DNA of 64,000 nt. Origin: a bacterium. Lineage in GTDB: Bacteria; SZUA-182; DTGQ01; JAFGSM01. Position 1 is the stretch's first letter. Every line of letters begins with the position of its first letter. The DNA lies in assembly GCA_049472315.1 (NCBI GenBank), contig JBLIRN010000011.1, positions 14,186-78,185 on the forward strand, written 5' to 3'. A program made the translations under genes and the position numbers. The notes under the pieces were generated by a model. That model was given only the letters and a program-made list of their open reading frames with translations. It ran no database searches and was not told the DNA's origin. Below, piece after piece: positions 41,245 through 51,072 of this stretch.

Positions 41245-43296
41245 TCAGGCAGGCACGGGGCTGCGCACCGGCGTTGGTATGCTGCCTGCCCCCAGCGTGT
41301 TTCTCACGCATGACTCGTAATCCTCAAGGGTGCGGAATGACGGAATAGAGGAATCGGTTACAAGGCCCGTATCCCTGAGGGATGCGGGTATGGTCGGTGA
41401 TGTGGTATTGTGCAGCAGCATCCTCACCAATGTGGTAAATCCCTCCGTGCGGTTGTTGGGGGGTGGATCGAAAAGGGTGCAGTAGTCGATCATCGATTCC
41501 CTGATGCGGATCGACTTTATCGTGGATGCATCGACCGCATAGATGAGGTCAATGATCCGGGTACCGTTCCCGCTGGCGGAGCCCTGTGCAATGCAGCCAA
41601 TAGCGATGCATTTGATCAACTCCCACTTGAACAGGCCCTTCTTCTCCCCTCCGTCCAGGAGGATGCCCTGGGAATATAGTTTTGCGGGCCTCATCTCGCA
41701 CATGGACATGGCTGTTTTAACCTCCGGTTTAACCGCTGTGCTCGGTTTCTGCACGGCGGGTTCGGAGGGATCGACCGTGGGGGCGGCCGGAGCGGGCACG
41801 CCTTGTCCCGCGACGTTTCTGCCGGCCACCAGATCCCGTGCCTTTCTCAGGCCTTCCTCCATCCGTTCGGTCCATTCGGGATAACGATCACACCGTTCCC
41901 GTGCCTTCTGGAATAATTCCATGGCCTTATCCGGACGCTTAAGAACGTCGAAGCACATGCTCCCATAGGAAACGGTGGCCTTCATGCACTCGCTGGCCTC
42001 CGGATAGCTGGTGATCAATCGTTCATAGGCATCGGCGGCCTCTTGCGCATTTCCCTCCTTTTCGAACAGGTAGGCGATGGCCAACTGATCCCTGGGCAAC
42101 AGGGAGGTATCGGATGAGAGCCCCTTCATGTCCAGGTACGTGCTCAGCGCAAGGGGATGGTTTTTATCGGCCAGGTAGCGGGATGCCACCTTCCTGTAAG
42201 CCTGGGCGGCATCCGCTGTTTTGCCCTGTTTCGAACAGATCTGCCCCAATATGATGTTGCCGTCGAGGTTGTTCGGTTCTACCTTGAGAAAATCCTTGAT
42301 GTTCGCCAGGGCCTCATCGTACTGCTCCAGGTCGAACTTTTCCATTGCCGCCAGAAGTGCCGGGTGCTGTTGTATGGATATCTTCTGGTCTATGCCCGGC
42401 TTGATAAACCGTTCCTCGATATTGAATTGCTGCATGAGGTAGGCAACGGCCATCCCGAAGGCGAATCCGCCGATGTGGGCCCAAAAGGCCACCCCGCCGG
42501 TTTCACCCGTCCCGGATGACAGCATGGCAAAGTAGATCTGCTGGATAAACCAGAATGGAAGGGCCACATATGCCGGGATGTGAAAGGTCCCTGTCTTGAC
42601 GAAGAATAGAAACAGCCAGAGGGTGTAGAATATCTTGATCCTTGTCTTATACATCTTTACCAGGAACGCCCCCATGGCGCCTGCAATGGCACCGGATGCA
42701 CCAATCAGGGGGATGGTGCTTTGTGGAAACATGATCACGTGGGCCTGAGCGGCGATAATTCCACCGAGTAGGTAAAATCCCGCATATAGGGGCCGCCCCC
42801 ACTTGTCCTCGATGTTGCAGCCAGCCAGCCACAGGAAGAGCATGTTGAAGAACAGATGGAAGAACCCCCCATGCATGAACATCGACGAAAGGTAGCCAAA
42901 CAGTTTGGGATTGCGCGGAATAAGACCATATTTATACGAGGGCAGGGAATACTTGATGGCGGACAGCTCGTCGACCAGTTCTTTGAGTCGTTCCCTATCG
43001 GCATGCGTTGACGTTGACTCTATCCAACCGCCGCCGTACTCTTGTTTTATATCCAACAGGAGGTTTTTAAGATCACGATTTTCATCATCGATGATCACTT
43101 CGACATCGATATCCGAATGTGTGGCATAGAAATCGATGACATGCTCGAATGCCTCTCCGAAGGCATGTTCGAGCCTTGATTGTGATGTCCTCGTGGAGAA
43201 GAAAATGAGCACGTTCAGACATATGATGACGATGGTCACATACGGCAATCTTTGAACGACTTGATCTTCATGTCCTATCGGAAGCAGGATGAACAA
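41245..43296 (-). CDS. Rhomboid intramembrane serine protease with TPR repeats and an extra C-terminal domain
   Basis: SMFMHGG..HL..NM, GASG (Ser), AHIGG (His); TPR-like helices follow. Confidence 0.88.
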   Translation of the reverse strand: MFILLPIGHEDQVVQRLPYVTIVIICLNVLIFFSTRTSQSRLEHAFGEAFEHVIDFYATHSDIDVEVIIDDENRDLKNLLLDIKQEYGGGWIESTSTHADRERLKELVDELSAIKYSLPSYKYGLIPRNPKLFGYLSSMFMHGGFFHLFFNMLFLWLAGCNIEDKWGRPLYAGFYLLGGIIAAQAHVIMFPQSTIPLIGASGAIAGAMGAFLVKMYKTRIKIFYTLWLFLFFVKTGTFHIPAYVALPFWFIQQIYFAMLSSGTGETGGVAFWAHIGGFAFGMAVAYLMQQFNIEERFIKPGIDQKISIQQHPALLAAMEKFDLEQYDEALANIKDFLKVEPNNLDGNIILGQICSKQGKTADAAQAYRKVASRYLADKNHPLALSTYLDMKGLSSDTSLLPRDQLAIAYLFEKEGNAQEAADAYERLITSYPEASECMKATVSYGSMCFDVLKRPDKAMELFQKARERCDRYPEWTERMEEGLRKARDLVAGRNVAGQGVPAPAAPTVDPSEPAVQKPSTAVKPEVKTAMSMCEMRPAKLYSQGILLDGGEKKGLFKWELIKCIAIGCIAQGSASGNGTRIIDLIYAVDASTIKSIRIRESMIDYCTLFDPPPNNRTEGFTTLVRMLLHNTTSPTIPASLRDTGLVTDSSIPSFRTLEDYESCVRNTLGAGSIPTPVRSPVPA

Positions 43297-43420
43297 TAGA
43301 CCATTCCATGGTTAATAACCGGTGCACCGCACATAGTTTCTTTATCATCATTACCAATGCCTGGCACTGCCCATTACAACCAATAAGCAACAATGGAAAT
43401 CAGGCTGGGACCGCACATCA

Positions 43421-43448
43421 TTGACATACGCGCTGTCAAATCTATAAT
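43421..43448 (+). promoter_or_regulatory. sigma-70 promoter upstream of prmA
   Basis: TTGACA-N16-TATAAT. Confidence 0.7.
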
Positions 43449-43588
43449 ATTTATATCGTCACATTAGCGTGAAACGTCTTGAATATTAAAACTGAATCGA
43501 CGGAATCATTCCCTGGATATGCGTGCAAACGAGTATCCATGGGACCTCGGCTCACAGGGTCAGAAAACTACCGACAGGGAATTTCAGG

Positions 43589-44524
43589 ATGAAATGGCTT
43601 GAAACAAGGGTCAATTACACATGCACTGACAGGGAATGTGCCGCTGATCTCATATCGAATGTGTTTTACGAACTTGGTCTTCAGGGTGTGGTTATTGAGA
43701 ATGCCAAGGATGGGGAGACGGCCGGAAGAAAGCATCGTGATCAGGGGATCTCCGGGCATGACGCGGTTATCGCCTATCTGCCGATCAACGGAGACATCGG
43801 GGCGCAGGTTCGCCTGGCCAGGGAAGGGCTTAATCTGCTGGGGAAGAGGCTGGACATGCAGTACAGGATCACCTTCCGTGCAGTGGATGAGGAAGACTGG
43901 GCCGAATCGTGGAAGGCATATTTCCGGCCCCAACGGATCTCAGGCCGCATTGTGGTCAGCCCGACGTGGATGGCATACGATCCCGCCCCACGTGATATTG
44001 TGGTCTCAATTGATCCCGGTATGGCCTTCGGCACCGGTACCCATCCTTCCACCCGCCTGTGCGTGACCTTGGTCGAACGCTACCTGCACAAGGGTGATTC
44101 CGTTCTGGATGTAGGAACCGGCTCGGGTATCCTCCTGATTGTTGCTGCCAAGCTCGGGGCGGGAAAGGGACTGGGGATCGATTCCGACCAGGTGGCGGTC
44201 GATGTTGCCGGGGAAAACCTCTCCCTCAACCGGATATGTTCCGGGTGCTTCCGGATTCAAAGAGGGGATCTCCTCGATGGGGTGCAAGATGTCTTTGATA
44301 TGGTTGTCGCCAACATCACCTCGGAGGTCATCGATGCCCTGATTCCCCGGCTCCATAGCGTGTTGCGGCCTGGAGGAATGTTTATATGCTCCGGTATTGT
44401 CGAGGAAAATCAGGGAATGATCGCGGACAGGCTGCTCGGGGCGGGATTCGAGGTTATGGAGACAGCCTCGCAGGAAGGCTGGACAGCGACGGCAGCCAAG
44501 GAACAAAATGGGGTCAGGTCTTGA
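43589..44524 (+). CDS. prmA: Ribosomal protein L11 methyltransferase
   Basis: EEDWA..WK.YF.P, DPGMAFGTGTH.ST, LDVGTGSGIL, VANI. Confidence 0.93.
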   Translation: MKWLETRVNYTCTDRECAADLISNVFYELGLQGVVIENAKDGETAGRKHRDQGISGHDAVIAYLPINGDIGAQVRLAREGLNLLGKRLDMQYRITFRAVDEEDWAESWKAYFRPQRISGRIVVSPTWMAYDPAPRDIVVSIDPGMAFGTGTHPSTRLCVTLVERYLHKGDSVLDVGTGSGILLIVAAKLGAGKGLGIDSDQVAVDVAGENLSLNRICSGCFRIQRGDLLDGVQDVFDMVVANITSEVIDALIPRLHSVLRPGGMFICSGIVEENQGMIADRLLGAGFEVMETASQEGWTATAAKEQNGVRS

Positions 44525-44703
44525 ATTATCAGTTTTTCACAAGAAACCCTCTTGTCGCCTTGTGGCACCACGAAGCATGAAAATCCATTTTCGGAACAAA
44601 CCCTCATGCCCTTTCAGGGCGCCACGAAGAATGAAAATGCTATATTTTCTGATGAATACAGGATATTTTCGAGACAAAAACTGATAATTCAAGACCTGAC
44701 CCC
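44510..44703. repeat. REP/MITE-like inverted-repeat element, copy 2
   Basis: 28 bp perfect terminal IR GGGGTCAGGTCTTGAATTATCAGTTTTT; two internal units; 14 bp tandem TGACCCCAAACCAC at 44697-44724. Confidence 0.85.
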
Positions 44704-44851
44704 AAACCACTGACCCCAAACCACAAGAATTTTGACATATAAAGGCCGGTTTGATATATAATTATATTACCACAATTTACCACAATAGTTTTGATATGCA
44801 TGTGATGAACGGCTTTGCGGATCCCGATCTGAGGAGGGTTTCATACGCACC

Positions 44852-45217
44852 ATGAATGACAAGCGGCAGTACCTACGAATACCGGAATCCTCCGAGTTGT
44901 CATATCGTCTCATTCCCCAGACTAAAACCACCGGGTCCATTTCCAAGGACATCAGCACAGGTGGGGTGCGTTTTTCCACGCGGGAATTCATTCCCATAGG
45001 CAGCACCCTGCGCATACGGCTCTCCATAAAGAGCATACCCTATATCTTGGATGCCTCGGTAAGCGTTAAATGGGCCAAAAGGATATCCGGCAGCGATCGA
45101 TATGAGATAGGTGCCGAGTTCATTGACATCCCCCGGGAGAGTCTTCAACAGTTGGGCCGGTATATCCGGGAGACCGGCGGTGAGGAAAAGGGCCCGGATG
45201 ATCCCTCCGAGGATTAA
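44852..45217 (+). CDS. Stand-alone PilZ domain protein
   Basis: RQYLR (RxxxR) and DISTGG (D/NxSxxG); G.EF. Confidence 0.88.
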   Translation: MNDKRQYLRIPESSELSYRLIPQTKTTGSISKDISTGGVRFSTREFIPIGSTLRIRLSIKSIPYILDASVSVKWAKRISGSDRYEIGAEFIDIPRESLQQLGRYIRETGGEEKGPDDPSED

Positions 45218-47046
45218 CGTCCCCTGATGAAGTGCGCGGCCCAGTTTCTGACGTGCTTTCCATTCAACACATGAAAATAGCGCAGCTTCTGGAGCGTCTT
45301 GTGGCTGAACGCGGACAGGGGGAGAAATACCAACCGTTTCTGCTGGATTCTCGCATATTCCCTGATAACCGGGGAAGGCTTCCGGTGCGCCACAACAGCG
45401 ACATACCGGTCGCGGGAGTAATATAATCCCGCCATCATGAGCCGTTCGGCATTGTCCCCGGCCGCGTCGAAGCGAGGGTTCGTCCACACGTCCGGTATCA
45501 ATTGCGGGGGATAGAGAAACAGGGCGCCGCCGTAAAATGATCGTCCGATGGAGGGTCCCACCAGATCATCCTTGAAATCCGTGGCATAGAAGACCAGGGT
45601 GGATTCATTCTCGTGCTCGGCATGCCAGGTCAGTTTGTAGGGGTATTTGTCCCCCTCCCGGTCCTCATCGAAGATGAAGATCACCGCCCCCACCTCACCC
45701 TGGATCTGGGGTTCCTCCTTGACGTAGATCTTCCCTATGTGCAGGTTTCTCAATGTCTCCCGGAGGTGGATGCCGTCCTTGAGGGTGCTCTGGAATTCCT
45801 CGACCCGCACCTGGGAAATCCCCACCAGTTTCAGGGCACGCTTGCGGATATATCCGCAGAAGTTTTCGATGATCTCGTCCTCCGGTGGCCAGGAGCATAC
45901 CGAATCGGGATTCCAGTACGTCCGCCACCTCCTTTTTTGCCTCTTGTCCGGGCTTTTTTCGAGGCTGATTCGCCTCCACTCCCTGGCCAGGGTGGGCACC
46001 CTCCTGAAGGCGGGAACAGCGGAGCCGCCTTTGTCGATATATCGGTCGGTCATTTTAATGAGAGGGTGGGCGGGAGAGACGTCCATGAAGGGATAGAATC
46101 TCGCCACCTCAAGTAATTTTATGGCGAAATCGTTCCCCATGACCCCCTTTGCCCCCACAACCAGTTCGTAAAGATCGGGGGTGAGCCTCTTTTTGAGGAT
46201 ACAGAGGTTCCGTATGAATTGAAGGGCCGTTTGAATATCCTGATGACCGATCCGGTAAATCTCCTCGCGGAATTCCTTATGAAACTCATCCCGGGCCTCG
46301 ATCAGGAGCATCTTGACCGCCTCGGTCTTTTCGAACTCCTCGAACGAGAGGGTGCCCTTCAGCCTTTCATACTGGTAGGTGATATAGGGCAGCTCACCCA
46401 GAGCGAAATAGAGTGAATCGGGATGCACGGAAAAGAGCCTTACTTCCCGAGGCTTCCTGCCCGTTGGCACATCGCCGTATTCGTGCTGATAGTAGTGAAG
46501 GATGCCCGGGAGGTGGTGTACGGAAAATACACAGAGGACCCTCTTATATTCAAAGCTGAGTGTCTGGAGCCTGGAGGCCATATGGCGTGCCTGAATGTCC
46601 TCTTCCTTGGCGGTAAAGGCCGAAAAGGCCGTTTGGACATACGCGGAAAGCCCTATCCTGTGGACCGCATATTCATCGGGAAGGACAAGGCCGGCAAGTG
46701 GAGTCCCATCCATCTCCCTGTCAATACATCGAATCGGAAGGCCCTCCTCCATACCCAGCCGTATGGCCTCGATCATGCCATCGCAGGGATCAACGGGGAA
46801 ATAGCTGCAACCTCCCTCCTCTCCCTCATCCGAGACGATGACCGAAATATAGGGCAACACATTGATGCCCTGGATGCTCAGGGAATGGAAGGAGTCAGGC
46901 AGCCCCACGGCAATGCAGTCAAACGGGGTGTTCAAAAAGGTCTCCTTCACCTCGTGGGCAAAGGCCACCCTTCCCGAAATGACCGGGACCAGGCAGATGT
47001 TGTCAAGCCATAGCCTGCCGTCCCTGACGAGAATCCTCTTTCCCAT
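45214..47046 (-). CDS. Hypothetical protein (610 aa) coupled to a MoxR ATPase
   Basis: Long ORF with normal composition, 3 bp downstream of the AAA gene; DPCD, CSWPPED motifs. Confidence 0.75.
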   Translation of the reverse strand: MGKRILVRDGRLWLDNICLVPVISGRVAFAHEVKETFLNTPFDCIAVGLPDSFHSLSIQGINVLPYISVIVSDEGEEGGCSYFPVDPCDGMIEAIRLGMEEGLPIRCIDREMDGTPLAGLVLPDEYAVHRIGLSAYVQTAFSAFTAKEEDIQARHMASRLQTLSFEYKRVLCVFSVHHLPGILHYYQHEYGDVPTGRKPREVRLFSVHPDSLYFALGELPYITYQYERLKGTLSFEEFEKTEAVKMLLIEARDEFHKEFREEIYRIGHQDIQTALQFIRNLCILKKRLTPDLYELVVGAKGVMGNDFAIKLLEVARFYPFMDVSPAHPLIKMTDRYIDKGGSAVPAFRRVPTLAREWRRISLEKSPDKRQKRRWRTYWNPDSVCSWPPEDEIIENFCGYIRKRALKLVGISQVRVEEFQSTLKDGIHLRETLRNLHIGKIYVKEEPQIQGEVGAVIFIFDEDREGDKYPYKLTWHAEHENESTLVFYATDFKDDLVGPSIGRSFYGGALFLYPPQLIPDVWTNPRFDAAGDNAERLMMAGLYYSRDRYVAVVAHRKPSPVIREYARIQQKRLVFLPLSAFSHKTLQKLRYFHVLNGKHVRNWAAHFIRGR

Positions 47047-47049
47047 GCA

Positions 47050-47994
47050 CTACTGCCCCCGTTCCCCTTCCTCCTGATTGCCCTTTTCCCAGTCCTTCTG
47101 ATTCATGAAGAAGTCCTCAAGAAAGACGATGTTGTTCAGATTCCTTGCATTGACCTGCGCCGCCTTCTTTTTTATATCGAGGGCATCCTTGCCCAGGACC
47201 TGCTCCACCGCCCTCTGAAATGCCTCCCGCAATCTCATGGGGTGCTTCCTCGATGTACCCCCCCTCATTTTCATGGCATATCGTGCTATACTCAGACCGT
47301 CCCGAATGCTGTATTCCAGACGGGCCTCATGGCTTTTTTGCAGAAATGCCACGGTGAGGCGCAAAATCTCCTCGGGTGCGAAATTGAGGTTGTACCTCAG
47401 AATCGCCAGTTCCTCCTCCTTGTCAGGGAAGTCGATGTGGATCATCGGCTGAAGGCGGGAAATGATGTAATCGGGCACCTCATACGTGGATGCATCGTCG
47501 TTCATGGTAACACAGCAGCGAAATTCAGGGTGCGCGTGGATCTTGATGCCGGCGATGATGCTCTCCACGTACCGGCGATTATCGAGCAATGGGGCAAGTG
47601 ACGCCCATGATTTCTCACTCATTCGATTGGCCTCGTCGAGAATTGCCACCCCTCCCCGTATCATTGCCGTTACCAGAGAGCTCCCATGGTATTGAATCCT
47701 CCCATTGTCCGCGATAACAGGGGTAATAATGAGGTCCTCGGGTCGGGTATCCATGGTGCACTGGTAGAGGTAGACAGGTTTTCCCAGGCTGCGCGCTGCG
47801 GCTATGGCCAGGGTCGTCTTTCCCATGCCGGGCTTGCCCAACAGGCGGGGGCACAAGGGAAAATCATCCGGTGTCAGGACGAGCCAGCATGCAAGGATTT
47901 GTTCCAAGAGATCCTCCTGGCCGATCCATTCCCGTTCCTGCTGGTCCGGATGCGAGAGGACCAATTCAATGGAGTCTATTGTTATGCGGTCCAT
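47050..47994 (-). CDS. MoxR-like AAA+ ATPase
   Basis: GKPGMGKT, ILDEANR, HP.FR...TMN. Confidence 0.85.
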   Translation of the reverse strand: MDRITIDSIELVLSHPDQQEREWIGQEDLLEQILACWLVLTPDDFPLCPRLLGKPGMGKTTLAIAAARSLGKPVYLYQCTMDTRPEDLIITPVIADNGRIQYHGSSLVTAMIRGGVAILDEANRMSEKSWASLAPLLDNRRYVESIIAGIKIHAHPEFRCCVTMNDDASTYEVPDYIISRLQPMIHIDFPDKEEELAILRYNLNFAPEEILRLTVAFLQKSHEARLEYSIRDGLSIARYAMKMRGGTSRKHPMRLREAFQRAVEQVLGKDALDIKKKAAQVNARNLNNIVFLEDFFMNQKDWEKGNQEEGERGQ

Positions 47995-48112
47995 GCGGTA
48001 TAATCCTCGATTTTGAAGGTTGGATATCCTTGGTTACTACGTATGTCCGATAAAAAATTCTACCACGTTTGCGCACACGAATCCAAACGAAGACGCACCT
48101 TCCTTCCCACGA

Positions 48113-50182
48113 TTAATCGGATATGAGGTCATTCAGGTCCCCATCGGGCACGAAGTACTCGTCCGTTGTGGATTCCCCGCCGATCGTGTGGGGAAGCCCC
48201 TCGTCCAGAATCATTCGTTCGGTGTAACAGGGCTCGATTTCGATGAGAAAACGGCTCGGCTTCATCATGATCAAACCGCCGGAACGGCTCCGATAGACCT
48301 GGGGAATGACGAGGTACAGCTCATCCCTTGCCCTGGTTACCGCCACATGAAACACGCGCCGTTCCTCCTCCTCGTCCTCCAGGGTGTTGATGGCGAGATC
48401 GGTTGGGAAACGTCCGTCCGTGAGCCATGGGATAAAGACCACCGGCCACTCGAGACCCTTGGCCTGGTGAATGGTGCTGAGGATGACGAATTCCTGCTCC
48501 TCAGGACCGGTGACCACGGTCTCACCGGAGAAATCCGCTGCCAGGGCAAGGTCCGCAAGGAATGATTCAATGCTTCCGTATTGGGCGGCGAATGTTGCCA
48601 TCCCCTTTATATCCTCCTGCCGCAGGTGCGCCCGGTCGTAGTGTGAGACCAGGTAGTCATCATAGAAGCGCCCCATCAAATGCTCGATCATATCCGCGGG
48701 TGAGGTCATTTCCGACAGCTCCCGGAGGAGTTGTATGAAGTCGCGGTACACGGGATGTGCCCGCTCGGGAAATATACGTATCGCCTGGGGATCCAGGGCG
48801 GCATTCAGCGGATCAGCGCTTTTGTTGATATGTTCCCACAATCTCCGGGAGAGCACTCCTCCCACCCGAGGCAAGCGCCTCAATGTTCGCAGCCATGCGA
48901 TCTCGTCCTGCGGGTTGTGGATGATCCGCAGATAGGCGAGCACGTCCTTTATGTGGGCCTGTTCGAAAAACCTCAATCCGCCCCTGATATGAAAGGGGAT
49001 ATTGCGGCGCTGGAGCTCCAGTTGTATCTCCATGGAATGCCAGTGGCTGCGGTAGAGGATGGCGATGGAGTTGAGGCTGCGCCCCTCGTCCAGCAGATGC
49101 AGGATGTATTCGGCCAAAAAACGGGATTGGCTGCAATGATCGTAGCACGTCACCAGGGCGGGCTTTAGCCCCGGTGGGCGCATCGCACGGAGGTCCTTGG
49201 GCAGTCTCACGGAATTGTGCGCAATGCTTGCATTGGCCAGGGCGAGAATCTCCGGGGTGGAGCGATAGTTGGTTTCAAGACGGTATTCTTTGGCTTCGGG
49301 ATAGCGCTCCCTGAAGGATATGATGTTCTGGAAGCTTGCCCCCCTGAAGCTGTAAATGGACTGCGAGTCGTCTCCCACCACGGTCAGGTTGCCATGTTTG
49401 GAGGCGAGGAGATCGACGATTGTTCCCTGTATGGCATTGGTGTCCTGGTATTCATCGACCAGGATGTGGAGGAACTGGTCGGCGAGGAGCTCACGCACGT
49501 CGGTGTGCTCCATGAGGAGCCTGAGCCATGAGGAAAGCAGGTCGTCGTAATCGAGGAGCTGCCGCTGATGCTTTCGGGCCTCGTAGAGCGAGAGCACCTG
49601 CTGGATGCGGTCGATATCCTGCATGAACATCGGGTAATGCCTGCACAATACCCTTTCCAGGGAATCGAGCGTATTGTGCACAAAGCTGGAGATCTTCCCC
49701 AGGATCACCTTCTGAGGAAAGCGGCGTTCCTTTATCGGGATGCCTGCCTCCGTAATGCACGATCCAATGAGGTCCTGCGCATCCTCCCGGTCGAGAATGG
49801 TGAAATCCGGGCTGATATCGATACGTTCGCCGTACAGCCTGAGGATGCGGTTGGCGATGTGGTGGAAGGTCCCTCCCCAGAGGTTCCTGGTCTTGTGTCC
49901 CACCAGCACCTCGACCCTCTGGAGCATCTCCCGTGCCGCACGGTTGGTAAAGGTTACCAGCATGATGCGACCGGGGTCAGTGCCGCGGTGAACGAGCCAG
50001 GCAAGCCGATAGGTCAGCGCCCTGGTCTTCCCGCTCCCTGCACCGGCGACAACCAGCATGGGGCCGCCCGGCGCCGTAACCACCTGCAGTTGTTCCTCAT
50101 TCAGGTCCGCGGTAAAATCCGGGCCCTTATCCAGGCTTCGTGCATTGAGTACGAATCGTCGAGTCATCCATCCCTCATTCAC
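48113..50182 (-). CDS. UvrD/PcrA-family ATP-dependent helicase
   Basis: AGAGSGKT, TFTN.AA.EM, VDEYQD, VGDD.QSIY.FRGA, NYRS, TIHQAKGLEW, VA.TRA. Confidence 0.95.
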   Translation of the reverse strand: MNEGWMTRRFVLNARSLDKGPDFTADLNEEQLQVVTAPGGPMLVVAGAGSGKTRALTYRLAWLVHRGTDPGRIMLVTFTNRAAREMLQRVEVLVGHKTRNLWGGTFHHIANRILRLYGERIDISPDFTILDREDAQDLIGSCITEAGIPIKERRFPQKVILGKISSFVHNTLDSLERVLCRHYPMFMQDIDRIQQVLSLYEARKHQRQLLDYDDLLSSWLRLLMEHTDVRELLADQFLHILVDEYQDTNAIQGTIVDLLASKHGNLTVVGDDSQSIYSFRGASFQNIISFRERYPEAKEYRLETNYRSTPEILALANASIAHNSVRLPKDLRAMRPPGLKPALVTCYDHCSQSRFLAEYILHLLDEGRSLNSIAILYRSHWHSMEIQLELQRRNIPFHIRGGLRFFEQAHIKDVLAYLRIIHNPQDEIAWLRTLRRLPRVGGVLSRRLWEHINKSADPLNAALDPQAIRIFPERAHPVYRDFIQLLRELSEMTSPADMIEHLMGRFYDDYLVSHYDRAHLRQEDIKGMATFAAQYGSIESFLADLALAADFSGETVVTGPEEQEFVILSTIHQAKGLEWPVVFIPWLTDGRFPTDLAINTLEDEEEERRVFHVAVTRARDELYLVIPQVYRSRSGGLIMMKPSRFLIEIEPCYTERMILDEGLPHTIGGESTTDEYFVPDGDLNDLISD

Positions 50183-51072
50183 GGCATATTCCGGTGAAAT
50201 TGCGGAGGTGATCCCACAATATCAATATAAGTACACTAAGGTCACGATATATGGTAATCAAACCATGCCGGCTATACCTTTTCGCATATGCCGTTTCAAT
50301 ACCACATACCGCATACTCATCATTATATCAAAAACGGCCCGGTTAGTGTATTTTGGGGAGGAGGAAGCACCATCTCCGGAACAGCGATGCTGATTGTGAA
50401 TCATTGTATCCGGATCGTGGGAGGACATGTCCGTATGCCACGGTGCACTGTCAACAACGGAATTGCCGGGGAGGGAATGAATCGAAGGCAATGGATCGTT
50501 TGACAGAATTTTGACAAATTTATATAATAAAAAATATGGACATTATATAGTTATGTTCCTGTCCAACTCCACTGTGTCCATGCATCATTACGCATCCCTG
50601 GAAGGACGAAGGGATCAAACCCACCTCTTCACGACGATCCTTTTTTCCAACAGGCAGGATATTTGGGTGGTGAAAAAGGTCCATTTCCTTGTGTCCATTT
50701 GATTGCCAGGCATTCCGAAAAAATCCTCAGGGGCGTCACCAGGAGTGGAGAGTGGAACAAAAATTGCTCTCTCTTTTTTGGTACGTTTTTTTATTCCCGA
50801 CACATGAGCGGAGGCGTGCTGTCGTTTTAAAGATATTTTTTAAAATTAATAAGATTATATAATTTTATGTTAATAAATAATCTAAATTCAAATAGTTTCA
50901 ATATATCTGTTTTGCGATCAAGGGCCATTATAAAGGGAATTGTACAATTACTGCAGGGTTATTGATGTGCGTGTGCGCACATATTCCATGCATGATTCAT
51001 TATATAGGGCATATTATATAGGGCATACAATAGCGCATAGGATTTCAGGTTTTTTGAGAGAGGTTGCGTACA

